The notes: a model not told the origin generated them from the letters alone. DNA of 64,000 nucleotides from Cyanophyceae cyanobacterium (GCA_050331735.1 JBHJGN010000011.1:192001-256000), one strand, 5' to 3'. Positions 10,586 to 21,099 are shown, numbered from the stretch's first letter. A program made the numbers and translations.

Positions 10586-11011
10586 ATGAGTTGGCTACAA
10601 AAAAACTGTGTTGTTGTTCCTATTGATTTTTCGGACGCTGCTCTTGCGGTAGTGGCACCGGCGTTGGAGTTTGTTAAAGATCCGTCCCACCTTCACGTTA
10701 TTCACGTACTCCCAGACCTTCATCCAGCAGATCCAGCAGTTGTTTGGGATACGGTGGATGAAGCCACTCGCAAAGCACATGCCAAGGAAGCTCTCCAGGA
10801 CAAGCTCAGCGAATTCTCTGCTCAGGATATGCAAATTGAGGTAGTCATCGGCGACCCTAGCTCTGCCATTCTTGATTACGCTCAAGACCTAGCCGCCGAT
10901 CTCATCGTGATGTCTTCTCACGGACGCACAGGCATGAGCCGCTTTATGCTGGGCTCGGTTGCTGAGAGAGTCGTGCGCCTTTCTAAGTGTCCAGTTTTGG
11001 TGATTCGCTAA
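10586..11011 (+). CDS. Universal stress protein (single USP domain)
   Basis: VVVPIDFS...DLIVMSSHGRTG...LGSVAERVVRLSKCPVLVI. ATG at 10586 preferred. Confidence 0.9.
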   Translation: MSWLQKNCVVVPIDFSDAALAVVAPALEFVKDPSHLHVIHVLPDLHPADPAVVWDTVDEATRKAHAKEALQDKLSEFSAQDMQIEVVIGDPSSAILDYAQDLAADLIVMSSHGRTGMSRFMLGSVAERVVRLSKCPVLVIR

Positions 11012-11026
11012 AGCCTTGCCTCGTGG

Positions 11027-11266
11027 CTACTTCCGGCTGAGATCGAACTCTTCAATATAGTAGGATTCATCCACTTCAACCAGCCGCTTTTCTGACTGAG
11101 GCTTCTCTCCTGAGCCTGGAGGAAGGGGAGGAGTTGGCTGATCGCCACCATCGTGCCAGCCGTCGTCATCAGAACCGTTGAAAAATGAGACCAACCAGGC
11201 AACCAGGAGACCGAATAAATAGGCGATCGCCAGCGCCATGAGTAGTCTGATTGCGATCACGAACAT
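11027..11266 (-). CDS. Small single-pass membrane protein of unknown function
   Basis: 79-aa ORF: hydrophobic N-terminus followed by an acidic Gly/Pro-rich tail. Fills the intergenic gap. Confidence 0.55.
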   Translation of the reverse strand: MFVIAIRLLMALAIAYLFGLLVAWLVSFFNGSDDDGWHDGGDQPTPPLPPGSGEKPQSEKRLVEVDESYYIEEFDLSRK

Positions 11267-11390
11267 AATGACTGTAGAGCTTGATGCTAATGAATCAAAG
11301 AAATACCAATATTTTTACAGTGTAGCGCAGTTAACACATTTCGGTCCGTCTCTGCCAGCACTGTTAGACTGGCTCGAAAATCGACAAACG

Positions 11391-12380
11391 CTAGAAATGC
11401 TGAAATCCCTCGATTAGAGTCAGCTCTCGAGGTGGTAATTTGCCGCTCCTGTCTTTGAGCTTCACTTGGCGATCGCTCGTAATCTTGCCGATCGCGGCGG
11501 CTCCTTTCCCCAGCCTCTGGACCAACGCCTCTGCCAAGGGCGATGGTAGACAGAGAACGAGTTCAAAATCTTCACCTCCGTAGAGCGCCCATTCCAAGGC
11601 TTGCTCTTGATTCACCAGTTGAGTCAGCACGTCTGGAACAGGCAAAGCTGTCGCGTCAAGGTCCGCTCCTACTCCGCTACAGCGACAAATTTGTACCACC
11701 GCATCTGCCAGTCCATCGCTGCTGTCCATTCCAGCCATTCTGGTTGGCTCCTGTTCCCGCAGCCACTCTACAACGTCTAACCGAGGTTGAGGTCTTTGGT
11801 GAGCTAAGATTAAGTACTGGCGCTCGGTCGCTGCTAAATTTCGTCCCATTTCTGGCTGTAACAGCAGCTCCAATCCAGCCCGGGAAGCCCCGTGAAATCC
11901 GGTAGCGACAACGGTATCCCCAGGACGAGCTGCTGAACGTTGGATAATACGCTCGGGCAACACCTGACCAAAAGCCGTAATCGCTACCGTCACGACTGCC
12001 GAGCGACAAACATCACCCCCGAGAATCGCTGTCTGATATTGCTGCAAGCAGTCGTTCAGCCCGTGGTACAGTTTCTCTACCCAGTTGAGCGGAACGTCCT
12101 CTGTGAGGGCCAAGCTCACGGTGATTCCCAGCGGTGAAGCCCCCATCGCCGCGATGTCCGATAGATTCGCCGCTGCTGCCCGCCAACCCACATCTTCAGG
12201 TCCAGTGGTGGCCTCGCTGAAATGAACTCCATCAACCAAAACATCGGTGGTCACGACTAAAGACTGCTCGGCATCCACCTTGACCACTGCCGCATCATCC
12301 CCAACGGTATCAGCCGCACAAAGAGGCAGGAGCTTTGCTAGCAGCCCCTGCTCACCAATATCTTTAACGGTTTTTGACAT
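11391..12380 (-). CDS. thiL: Thiamine-monophosphate kinase
   Basis: VGDDAAV, ANLSDIAAMG, MDSSDGL, GGEDFELV. Confidence 0.95.
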   Translation of the reverse strand: MSKTVKDIGEQGLLAKLLPLCAADTVGDDAAVVKVDAEQSLVVTTDVLVDGVHFSEATTGPEDVGWRAAAANLSDIAAMGASPLGITVSLALTEDVPLNWVEKLYHGLNDCLQQYQTAILGGDVCRSAVVTVAITAFGQVLPERIIQRSAARPGDTVVATGFHGASRAGLELLLQPEMGRNLAATERQYLILAHQRPQPRLDVVEWLREQEPTRMAGMDSSDGLADAVVQICRCSGVGADLDATALPVPDVLTQLVNQEQALEWALYGGEDFELVLCLPSPLAEALVQRLGKGAAAIGKITSDRQVKLKDRSGKLPPRELTLIEGFQHF

Positions 12381-12479
12381 GAATCAATATCAATGTCTCA
12401 AGCCAACGCTTTCTCAGACCCAAATCTTCGGAGCAACGTTAGCTTGAGCGAACTGAAAACAGAACAGCGAGCAGAATCG

Positions 12480-13616
12480 TTAGGCTTTGCGAGGCTCTAC
12501 CAACTGCTCCGCACCGTTGATGACTTTCGCAGAGAGAATTTTGTCTCCCTCAGCGAGGTCTGCTAGCACCTCTTGTCCCTGATCAACGTAGCCGAAGACT
12601 GAGTAACGACCGTCCATAACGTTAAAGCCGGGGGGAGTTAATTCGCTGTCGAACTTAAAAAAGAAGAACTGAGATGAACCGCCATTGGGATCTGTTCCGG
12701 GTCGCGCTAGAGCGATCGCTCCGTAAGCGTTAAACGGCAAAACGAGTTCGGGCAGGTAGATCCCTGCATCTTCTAGCGTTGTGCCGTATCGCGGCTGTTC
12801 TTCCCCTCGAATCAAAACTTCTAGAGGAATCGCTCGATATTCGCCCGTGTCGGGGTCGATAAATCCTTCTTCCGGTCCCGGCGGATCTCCAGCCTGGACC
12901 ACAAAATCTTCGCTAGGGATAAACTCCAAACCATCATAAAATCCGCGCTGGACTAAATCTACAAAATTTCCAGCGTTTACAGGAGCGCTATAGCCGTCTA
13001 CGATAACCGTCAAGTTTCCCTTCGTCGTTTCCATTTTGACCGTGGCGCGGCCCTTTAGCTGCGGTAAATTAGCGTATTCTTCCGGCACGTCAAAGGGAAA
13101 CTCCTGCACCATTAGCTGTTCTAGGTCGCTGACGTGATTGAGAATATCTCGCCGCCGCGTCCAAATTTCCTCTTTATCTTTGGCATCGACAGACTCTCTC
13201 AGTTCACCCACATCTTCTGCTAGCTCATCTATGAGGGCTGAAGCCTCCACTTGATCTGCCTCGGGAATGCTTGCCAAAATCTGGTCGCGGCGAATCCGTA
13301 AAATTCGAGACGCATCTTTAACATTAGAGCTGAGTGCTCCCCAACGCTTACCCCGAAGGTATTTAGACATTGTTTCAATGTCTTCTTGAAATTGACGAAT
13401 CGTATCGTTATCAATCGGTAAAGCGTATCTAAGCAAGGAGGTTGGATCGGTAATGGCATCTCCTTGCGCCAAGGCACTTTTACGAGACGATTGGTCACTG
13501 CTGCCAAAGTCAAACCAGGCTCCGCTCAAGCTCAAAGAAAGCGATAGGAGCACGGCGGCAACAGCAATATTTTTCAGTAGATGCTTGCACCAATCAAGCC
13601 AGTGTCGGGCATTCAT
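12480..13616 (-). CDS. Thylakoid lumen cyclophilin-type PPIase (CYP38/TLP40-like)
   Basis: Signal peptide, AITDP..LLRYALPIDN, DGYSAPVNAGNFVDLV, GGSSQFFF. Confidence 0.9.
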   Translation of the reverse strand: MNARHWLDWCKHLLKNIAVAAVLLSLSLSLSGAWFDFGSSDQSSRKSALAQGDAITDPTSLLRYALPIDNDTIRQFQEDIETMSKYLRGKRWGALSSNVKDASRILRIRRDQILASIPEADQVEASALIDELAEDVGELRESVDAKDKEEIWTRRRDILNHVSDLEQLMVQEFPFDVPEEYANLPQLKGRATVKMETTKGNLTVIVDGYSAPVNAGNFVDLVQRGFYDGLEFIPSEDFVVQAGDPPGPEEGFIDPDTGEYRAIPLEVLIRGEEQPRYGTTLEDAGIYLPELVLPFNAYGAIALARPGTDPNGGSSQFFFFKFDSELTPPGFNVMDGRYSVFGYVDQGQEVLADLAEGDKILSAKVINGAEQLVEPRKA

Positions 13617-13972
13617 ATTAATCTATTTCCATCCAAGTATTACGCGGCTTCACCCTCTCCTACCAAGATACCATCGAAAAAACCCCCAAAGATAATTGCT
13701 CTCAACAACACTGAGCTAGTATATTGCTTGCGCAATGGGGAAAGGGTAAGGGGGAAAGGGAAAAGGCGATTTAGTTCCATTTCTTGTTCTTTAGAATGGG
13801 CTATTCACACAAACGTCAATTCATGCTGATTTTGGCCGAATACCTGCTACAACTAGTTCGAGCTTAGAAACAGGGAAAACCCGTCCAAAAGTGACTAACA
13901 AGCTGATTAGCAGCAATTAGCAGCAAAAAGCATTAAACTATCTACTATTTTGGCAATCTTTTGATTTTTAAA

Positions 13973-15529
13973 ATGCAATTATTCATAAATCTCACTCTTG
14001 TTGGTTTGATCTTTTGTTTACTCCATCAAGCTGGTGTAGTCTCTGTACCAGCAGCTCTAGCTTCTCCGCAGGAAGGACCGTCAGTGCATCAGCTTACAGA
14101 TGTCCAGCCGGATGATTGGGCCTATGAAGCACTCACAAGCTTGATCGAGCGCTATCAAGTTGTGATTGGCTACCCTAACAATACTTATCAAGGAACTCGT
14201 CCCCTGACTCGGTACGAGTTTGCAGCCGCGTTAGAGGCGGTTTTAAACCGAGTTCTTGAGCTAATTCGAGCTGAGAACGACAGCCAAAATCAAGTTTTGC
14301 AAGAAGATTTATCAACTCTAGAGCGTTTAAGACGGGATTTTTCCCTAGAGCTGGCGGTCATCAGAGGTCGTATTGATGGAGTCGAGGCTCGAACCGCCGA
14401 CTTAGAAGTAACGCAGTTCTCCACAACAACGAAGCTGTTAGGTCAGGCTCTGTTTGCTCTTAATGGCGGTGGATTTGAGGGAGAGGAGCTACTGGACGCG
14501 ACTGGAGCCGTGATTGCTAGCGACGCTCCGCAAGCGACTCTGATTTATCGCGTTGCCTTAGATCTTGATACGAGCTTTCAGGGGTCAGATCTGCTGAAAA
14601 TTCGCTTAGATCAAGGAAGTGATGGTTTTGATGATAACGCGGCAGGGGTGCTCGAACCCGATTTTGGCAGCGTTTTAGACTATTCAACAAAGCCTCCTCA
14701 AGAAGATTTAGGAGTTTCTCGTCTCTACTACACGTTCTCCCCCCTAACTGACCTGGCTGTGACCGTCGGTCCCGTGCTTTCTCCTACCGACTATATCGAT
14801 CGCAGCCAATATACCAGCCTGAGCTTTCAAGATTTTTCTACCCAAGCTTTCGCCTACAACTATCTGCTGTTTCCAGTCCCTGGACTAGGAGCAGGAGCTG
14901 CTCTAGACTGGAATCCTAACAGAGGTTCTTTTACCTTGCGTTCGGTCTATACAGCCTTAGCCGGAAACGACCCGGATGTAGATTCTGCTGCGGTTTCTGG
15001 AGTGTTTCCTCCGAGTCGGTTTCTCTATCCGGCTGATTCTCTCGAGGAAACCTCACGGGGCTTATTGGGAACTCCTCATCAGGGGATTGTGGAGCTGGAA
15101 TATTTTCCGGTTGAGGCTCTAGCGGTGCGGCTTCAGTATAGCGGCGGGACGATTTATGACGAACGCTTTGATGTCTTAGGAGCCAATGTAGAATTATCGC
15201 TCGGTAACTTGGGGGTATTTGGTCGCTACGGCTACGCCAGCTACGACGATACCAGCCAAGGAGATATTCATCCTCACTACTGGATGGTAGGGTTAACGAT
15301 GCTCGATCTCGGGCAGGAAGGCGATCGCGCTGGAGTAGCAGTTGGTCAGCCCTTTATCGCTAGCGAACTCGGCGACGGGACGCAAACAAATATTGAAGCG
15401 TACTACAACTTTTTGTTAAACGACCACGTGCGCGTTACTCCTCTTATCCAGGTCGTCGTCGCTCCCGGCAACCAGCAAGAAAACGGCACCATTTTTACAG
15501 GAACGCTGAGGACGGTCATTCTGTTTTAA
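13973..15529 (+). CDS. Cyanobacterial outer-membrane porin (SLH domain + OprB-like beta-barrel, 'iron uptake porin' family)
   Basis: DVQPDDWAYEAL...TRYEFAA SLH motif, coiled coil, QFSTTTKL, C-terminal GTLRTVILF. Confidence 0.9.
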   Translation: MQLFINLTLVGLIFCLLHQAGVVSVPAALASPQEGPSVHQLTDVQPDDWAYEALTSLIERYQVVIGYPNNTYQGTRPLTRYEFAAALEAVLNRVLELIRAENDSQNQVLQEDLSTLERLRRDFSLELAVIRGRIDGVEARTADLEVTQFSTTTKLLGQALFALNGGGFEGEELLDATGAVIASDAPQATLIYRVALDLDTSFQGSDLLKIRLDQGSDGFDDNAAGVLEPDFGSVLDYSTKPPQEDLGVSRLYYTFSPLTDLAVTVGPVLSPTDYIDRSQYTSLSFQDFSTQAFAYNYLLFPVPGLGAGAALDWNPNRGSFTLRSVYTALAGNDPDVDSAAVSGVFPPSRFLYPADSLEETSRGLLGTPHQGIVELEYFPVEALAVRLQYSGGTIYDERFDVLGANVELSLGNLGVFGRYGYASYDDTSQGDIHPHYWMVGLTMLDLGQEGDRAGVAVGQPFIASELGDGTQTNIEAYYNFLLNDHVRVTPLIQVVVAPGNQQENGTIFTGTLRTVILF

Positions 15530-15603
15530 AGTCGGAGTTCGGCATTGAGCGACTGACACTGAGTCTTTCTTGCTCTTGCCCCTTTGACTTTTGACCAGAA
15601 GAA

Positions 15604-16743
15604 TTATGGCATAGTCAGTCCCCTAAGCTGATGTTCGCTCAGTCCACGACTCTGGATGAGGACTCCAAAACCGCCTAGTCCGGAGGGATCGATGAGTTGA
15701 TGAAGGGCATCGCGGCGCTGAAAAATTTCTGAAACGCTATAGCGGTTGCTCGCAAGTTCGGCGAGGCGATCGCCTAATCCCAACGCCATTAAAAATAAAC
15801 CCTGTTTGGTAGAACCGACCGTGGTGAAGCCGTATCGTTCTCCTTGGCGTTCAAGAGCCGTAAAATCGACGTGGGCCGTGATATCTTGGGTGCCAAGGTT
15901 GACGTAGGGATTGTTGTGGCGGCGATGCTGGGTGTAGCACTGCAACGTTCCTTGGTCGCGCTGCGGGGAGTAATAGCGCTCTGCGGTGTAGCCGTAATCT
16001 ATAGTGAGGAGGTATCCTCTTGCTAACTTTTTCGCGACCGCTGCCAGCCAGTCCAGGGCGGCAAGATTGACCTCTGTGCGATAGCCGTTGGGATAGCGAC
16101 TCGAGAGGATATCAATACCGACTAGCTCAAAGTAGGTGGCGAGTCGAGGAGTTGAAGGTTTTCCCTTGACTTCTCTAAATCCCGTTGGGGAAGTAGTAAC
16201 GTAAATTTCCTCTAGTTGAGGGCCTTTAATGACCCGATGGACGGGAAAAGCATCGACGAGTTCGTTGGAAAAGCAACAGCCGACAATCGAATCGTCAGCA
16301 ATTTCTGACCAAGTTTTCCAGGAAACAGCAAAGTTTTTGAGTACCTGCTGCTGTTGAACAATTAACGCTGGCGAGGACTCAACAATCGTGTATTGAAGTA
16401 CCTTCAGTAACTCCGGATAACGCTGGAGATACTGGAGAATATCGGCTGCTCCTAATCCCGATCCGGCTCCCATTTCTATAAGCGTAAACGGCTCGGGACG
16501 AGAGAGCGCCTGCCACATTTCGACAAACTGCTCCGCCAGTAGCTGGGCAAAATCTGGACCAAGGGAAGACGAGGTAAAAAAGTCTCCTTGAGTCCCAATC
16601 TGGACTGCACCGGAAGCATAGTAGCCGTAATGAGGATGGTACAGCACTAAGTCCATGTATTCAGCAAAGGAAATGCGCTGGTGAAGAGCAGATTCAATGC
16701 GCTCAACAATAATTTCTTTAAGAAATTGGGAATTTTCTGACAA
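15604..16743 (-). CDS. MidA/NDUFAF7-family SAM-dependent methyltransferase
   Basis: GDFFTSS, EMGAGSG, FSNELVDAFP, TIDYG, QDITAHVDF. Confidence 0.9.
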   Translation of the reverse strand: MSENSQFLKEIIVERIESALHQRISFAEYMDLVLYHPHYGYYASGAVQIGTQGDFFTSSSLGPDFAQLLAEQFVEMWQALSRPEPFTLIEMGAGSGLGAADILQYLQRYPELLKVLQYTIVESSPALIVQQQQVLKNFAVSWKTWSEIADDSIVGCCFSNELVDAFPVHRVIKGPQLEEIYVTTSPTGFREVKGKPSTPRLATYFELVGIDILSSRYPNGYRTEVNLAALDWLAAVAKKLARGYLLTIDYGYTAERYYSPQRDQGTLQCYTQHRRHNNPYVNLGTQDITAHVDFTALERQGERYGFTTVGSTKQGLFLMALGLGDRLAELASNRYSVSEIFQRRDALHQLIDPSGLGGFGVLIQSRGLSEHQLRGLTMP

Positions 16744-16878
16744 TTGTTTTTGACTGGCTTGGTTAAATGGTCACTATTCAGGTTAACTTTTAGCAGGCTT
16801 TTGCCTCAACTCCTGGATGACGAGCGATCGCGGTTTGGTAAGCTTGATGAATTCGTGGCTGATTAAGTGACTTAACTG

Positions 16879-17658
16879 ATGACTCCAACTTCAGCTCAAG
16901 AGGCGATCGCTGTTTTAATGAACTTAGCCCAGCAGGGAGAAATCGATCCGTGGGACGTTCAAGTTATTGAAATTATTGACCGTTTTTTAGAAGAACTCGG
17001 GCTGTTGGGGGAAACCCCACAATATTTGGAAGCAGATTTGCCTCAGTCAGGACAAGCCTTTCTGTGGGCATCGATGCTGGTGTTGCTGAAGGCCAAAACT
17101 CTTGAAGCAGAGGAAGCAGAGGAAGATGAGCTAGAACCAATTCTAGAAGAGGAACACTCCCGTCCTGTTGCTTTAGAGAGTCGTCTGCGCCGTCGCACCG
17201 CTGCCCCCCCTGTACGCAAGCGACGGGTGACTCTCCAGGAGCTGATTGAGCAAATTGAGCAACTCGCAGCCACGATCAACGAGGAAGCTCCTGGGCGTCG
17301 TCCGCCACGTCCTCGTCCTCAGTCGCGCCGAGACGCGACCCGGACCATTACTGGACTCGCCCATAACGAGAACCTCACCGAGGTAGCAACTCAGCTAGAG
17401 CACTTTCTCCGGCTGAACTCATCTCGTTTAGCGCAGACTAGCGTAGAGCTCGAGCAACTGTTAGAGTGGTGGACGCAAGCAACGGCCTTAAACGAGCAGT
17501 CACTTGCCAAAACTTTTACTTCCAATAGTCAGGATAGAGTCGGAGTTTTTTGGGCACTTTTGTTGCTATCGGCTCAGTCTAAAGTTGAGCTAGAGCAAAC
17601 AGAATTTTATCAAGACCTGAAAATTACTCTCCTCAGTGGACATCCTGAAGAGGAATAG
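16879..17658 (+). CDS. scpA: Segregation and condensation protein A (kleisin)
   Basis: GEIDPWDVQVIEIIDRFL, FWALLLLS..KVELEQTEFY. Confidence 0.9.
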   Translation: MTPTSAQEAIAVLMNLAQQGEIDPWDVQVIEIIDRFLEELGLLGETPQYLEADLPQSGQAFLWASMLVLLKAKTLEAEEAEEDELEPILEEEHSRPVALESRLRRRTAAPPVRKRRVTLQELIEQIEQLAATINEEAPGRRPPRPRPQSRRDATRTITGLAHNENLTEVATQLEHFLRLNSSRLAQTSVELEQLLEWWTQATALNEQSLAKTFTSNSQDRVGVFWALLLLSAQSKVELEQTEFYQDLKITLLSGHPEEE

Positions 17659-17782
17659 GTAAAACTAAATTCAAGCCTCGTTAACGCTTACGTGGTTGTT
17701 GTCAAAAATAGCCAAGTGGGGTAGCTCTGAGGCTGAGATAACTGATAAAAATGTATGGCATAGGGTTGAGGAAGAAATATTC

Positions 17783-18946
17783 ATGAAAGCCATGATTCTG
17801 GCGGCTGGTCGAGGAACTCGCGTACGTCCGATTACCTACACGATTCCCAAGCCCTTAATTCCAATTCTGCAAAAACCGGTCATGGAGTTCTTACTAGAAC
17901 TGTTGCGAAAACATGGCTTTGACCAGGTCATGGTGAATGTCAGTCACCTCGCCAAAGAGATAGAAAGCTACTTCCGCGACGGTCAGCGTTTTGGAGTCCA
18001 TATTGGCTATTCATTCGAGGGCAGAATTATCGATGGTAAATTAGTCGGAGAAGCCTTAGGGTCAGCCGGAGGCCTTAAGCGCATCCAGGACTTTAATCCC
18101 TTCTTCGACGATACCTTCGTCGTGCTTTGCGGAGATGCTCTGATTGACCTCGATCTCACGGCGGCAGTGAAGTGGCACAAGCAGAAGGGCGCGCTGGCAA
18201 CCATTGTGACAAAACCCGTGCCGAAAGAGGCGGTCCCGAGTTATGGGGTTGTCGTCACCGATGATGAGGGTCGCATTGAGGCGTTTCAGGAAAAGCCAAC
18301 CGTCGAAGAAGCTCTTAGTACCGAGATCAATACCGGAATCTATATTTTCGAGCCCGAGATTATCGACTACATTCCGTCCAATCAAAAGTACGACATTGGC
18401 GGCGATCTTTTCCCCAAACTGGTGGAGAAGGGCGCTCCGTTCTACGCGGTTTCGATGGATTTTGAGTGGGTCGATATCGGTAAAGTGCCTGACTACTGGC
18501 ATGCGATTCGAGGAGTTCTGCAGAGAGACATCAAGAATGTCAAAATTCCTGGGGTTGAGGTAGCCCCTGGTATCTATACCGGTCTCAATGTTGCAGTGAA
18601 CTGGGACAAAGTAGATGTGACGGGTCCAGTCTATATTGGCGGCATGACGCGCATTGAAGATGGCGCTAAAATTATTGGACCTTCGATGATTGGTCCGAAC
18701 TGCTGGATCTGCGAACGGGCAACGGTCGATAATAGCGTCATTTTTGAATACTCTCGGTTGGGTCCGGGAGTGCGTTTGGTGGATAAGCTGGTGTTTGGTC
18801 GCTACTGCGTGGATAAAGCAGGAGCCTCCATCGACGTACAGGCTGCCGCTCTCGACTGGCTAATTACCGACGCTCGCCATAGCCCTCCCTATCAGGAAGC
18901 GTTAGAACAGAAGGCGATCGCGGAGCTATTGAGCAGCGAGAATTAA
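17783..18946 (+). CDS. cugP: NDP-sugar pyrophosphorylase (cyanobacterial CugP-type UDP-glucose pyrophosphorylase)
   Basis: MKAMILAAGRGTRVRPIT, nucleotidyltransferase domain plus left-handed beta-helix. Confidence 0.8.
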   Translation: MKAMILAAGRGTRVRPITYTIPKPLIPILQKPVMEFLLELLRKHGFDQVMVNVSHLAKEIESYFRDGQRFGVHIGYSFEGRIIDGKLVGEALGSAGGLKRIQDFNPFFDDTFVVLCGDALIDLDLTAAVKWHKQKGALATIVTKPVPKEAVPSYGVVVTDDEGRIEAFQEKPTVEEALSTEINTGIYIFEPEIIDYIPSNQKYDIGGDLFPKLVEKGAPFYAVSMDFEWVDIGKVPDYWHAIRGVLQRDIKNVKIPGVEVAPGIYTGLNVAVNWDKVDVTGPVYIGGMTRIEDGAKIIGPSMIGPNCWICERATVDNSVIFEYSRLGPGVRLVDKLVFGRYCVDKAGASIDVQAAALDWLITDARHSPPYQEALEQKAIAELLSSEN

Positions 18947-18950
18947 ATTT

Positions 18951-18975
18951 AGCTAAGAGCTAAGAGCTCTTAGCT
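18951..18975. repeat. STRR-like heptamer tract (AGCTAAG/GCTAACA type); related tracts at about 3470, 13900, 19030, 33475 and 63712
   Basis: AGCTAAG-AGCTAAG-AGCTCTTAGCT. Similar GCTAA-containing heptamers recur in intergenic gaps. Confidence 0.7.
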
Positions 18976-19074
18976 CTGAGACGGAGAAAGCTTTTAGCGA
19001 GAGTCTAAGATTTGAATTCCACTAATCAATTAGCTAACGGCTAAGCGCTGCTTAATTCGCCACAATAGGAATAG

Positions 19075-20025
19075 CTGAGTTCAGTAGAAGCGAGAATTTT
19101 TCCTGAAGAAATTGCCCTACGGGTTACACACAAGAGCGATCGCCTAGATCGCTGGCTGGCGAATCAACTGACCGATATGTCTCGCGCTCGCCTCCAAAAG
19201 CTAATTGAGGAAGGTTGCGTTCAGGTAAACGGTCAGGTCTGTACCGCCAAAAGAATGAAGCTGCAAGCGGGCGATTCTTTGTGGCTGACCATTCCTTCCG
19301 CTCACACTCTCGCTCTCCAGCCAGAAAATATTCCTCTCGATATTCTGTACGAGGATGAGGCTTTAATTGTTGTCAATAAACCCGCCGGGTTGGTCGTGCA
19401 TCCGGCTCCAGGACACGAAACGGGCACTCTTGTCAATGCTCTACTGTATCACTGTCATGATTTAGCGGGGATTGGAGGCGTTCAGCGCCCAGGCATTGTG
19501 CATCGTCTCGACAAGGATACGTCTGGGGCTATGGTCGTTGCCAAAACGGATGCTGCTCACCAGCATCTCCAAGCCCAAATCCGGGCGAAATCAGCTCGAA
19601 GAGAGTACCTTGGTATTGTTTATGGGTCGCCTTCAGCGGCTAGCGGCAGCATAAATTTTCCCATCGGTCGCCATCCCGTTGATCGTAAGAAGATGGCGGT
19701 TGTGCCTGTTGAAAAGGGAGGCAGAACGGCACTGACGCATTATTGGGTGCTGGAACGACTTGGTCACTATACCCTGATGAAGTTTCAGCTAGAAACCGGG
19801 CGGACTCACCAAATTCGGGTTCACACCAGCTCGATGGGTCATCCGCTAGTAGGAGATCCGGTTTATGGCTCTGGACGTTCAGTGGGCGTTAACCTCACAG
19901 GTCAGGCCCTGCATGCTTGGAAGCTTACCTTGACCCATCCTCAAACTGGAGAGCGCCTTGAGGCGATCGCTCCCTTTCCGCATGATTTTACTAAGCTCTT
20001 AGACGTGTTCCGAAAACGCAGTTAG
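19075..20025 (+). CDS. rluD: RluA/RluD-family pseudouridine synthase (S4 domain begins upstream of the first ATG at 19177; start uncertain)
   Basis: DRLDRWLA S4 start, VNKPAGLVVHP, HRLDKDTSG, LETGRTHQIRVH. Confidence 0.85.
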   Translation: MSSVEARIFPEEIALRVTHKSDRLDRWLANQLTDMSRARLQKLIEEGCVQVNGQVCTAKRMKLQAGDSLWLTIPSAHTLALQPENIPLDILYEDEALIVVNKPAGLVVHPAPGHETGTLVNALLYHCHDLAGIGGVQRPGIVHRLDKDTSGAMVVAKTDAAHQHLQAQIRAKSARREYLGIVYGSPSAASGSINFPIGRHPVDRKKMAVVPVEKGGRTALTHYWVLERLGHYTLMKFQLETGRTHQIRVHTSSMGHPLVGDPVYGSGRSVGVNLTGQALHAWKLTLTHPQTGERLEAIAPFPHDFTKLLDVFRKRS

Positions 20026-20111
20026 GGGGAGCCGCAGGTCGGCAAGAAATTCGGCAAAATCCGAACCGCCTTGCTAATCTGCCACTCCCCCCGCCGTTAA
20101 AGTTGGTTTAC

Positions 20112-20867
20112 TTAACGAACTTTACGGTAAGGAACTTTGCTGAGATAGTCCATGCCTTGAGCAGATACTCTCGGCGTTCTATCGTTTTGAGCATTCAAGC
20201 TGCGGGCCATATTGAGATACTGTGACGGATCGCCCGCTTGCGGCTGCTGCTCCTGAGGACGGAAGCGACGAACCGCGTTTTGCCAGATAATTTGAGGGAA
20301 GCCTATCTGATTACGATAGTAGTCATCGTAACGCGGCAGTCTGATATTGGTCGGTCTCTCGCCCTCATCTCGGCCCTGAAGCACTCGTCGTCGCTGATAG
20401 GGAACTTTGTCGTAGCCGAAGTTTTCTAGGTACTCGTCGCTATCGAGCAGGGCATCAACAAAACCAGCCAGTCCTTTTGTGCCGATCACAATGGACCAAG
20501 CGATCTTTTCCCGCTCGTTATACACGCTCCGTCCAAGAACTCGCTCAACGCACTGTTCTACAAACCGATAGTTGTTGTTTTTCTCATAGAAGCTATTTCT
20601 AAAAGTTTCAGAAAGTAACAACCCCCGGATAAAGTCCCGCATGGTGATTTGACCATTACGAAGCTGGGACTCCAGGAACGGTTCGCGGTCATTTTTAAAG
20701 GCATAGAAAAAGATTTGGCGGTAGGCGGCCTCGATGGGCTGATCTAATTCAGTCCCGGAGCGCAGTTCAGCCGTGTAATCTTGAGGCAGTTCCTCGTTAG
20801 CCACTTCGTAGCCAGAAACGCGTTCGTTCTGGCTTTTTGGTTGGTATTCAAGTAATGGAATCGTCAA
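20112..20867 (-). CDS. cpcG: Phycobilisome rod-core linker
   Basis: [18 protein letters not shown] linker domain, hydrophilic C-terminus (no CpcL membrane tail). Confidence 0.92.
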   Translation of the reverse strand: MTIPLLEYQPKSQNERVSGYEVANEELPQDYTAELRSGTELDQPIEAAYRQIFFYAFKNDREPFLESQLRNGQITMRDFIRGLLLSETFRNSFYEKNNNYRFVEQCVERVLGRSVYNEREKIAWSIVIGTKGLAGFVDALLDSDEYLENFGYDKVPYQRRRVLQGRDEGERPTNIRLPRYDDYYRNQIGFPQIIWQNAVRRFRPQEQQPQAGDPSQYLNMARSLNAQNDRTPRVSAQGMDYLSKVPYRKVR

Positions 20868-21099
20868 ACTAAAACCTCCACAGATCTTATTAAAATCTTT
20901 AAAACATTAATCCAGATCATAAAGGAGATGGGGCTTGAAACTGCAGAAATGTAAACAACTCTTACAAATATTAAAGAACTGGATGACTTGCCGAAATCCC
21001 CCGTGTTTCTGTTGAAGAGCGATACCGGTTAACGGTCTGGGGAAAGGGGAAGGGGCCAAGGGAAGAGTCTAGGGTGCGCTCAACGTTAACAGTTTTAAC

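Noticed and set aside
20112..20867. CpcL (membrane-anchored linker) instead of CpcG
   Set aside because: The C-terminus is hydrophilic and basic, with no transmembrane helix.
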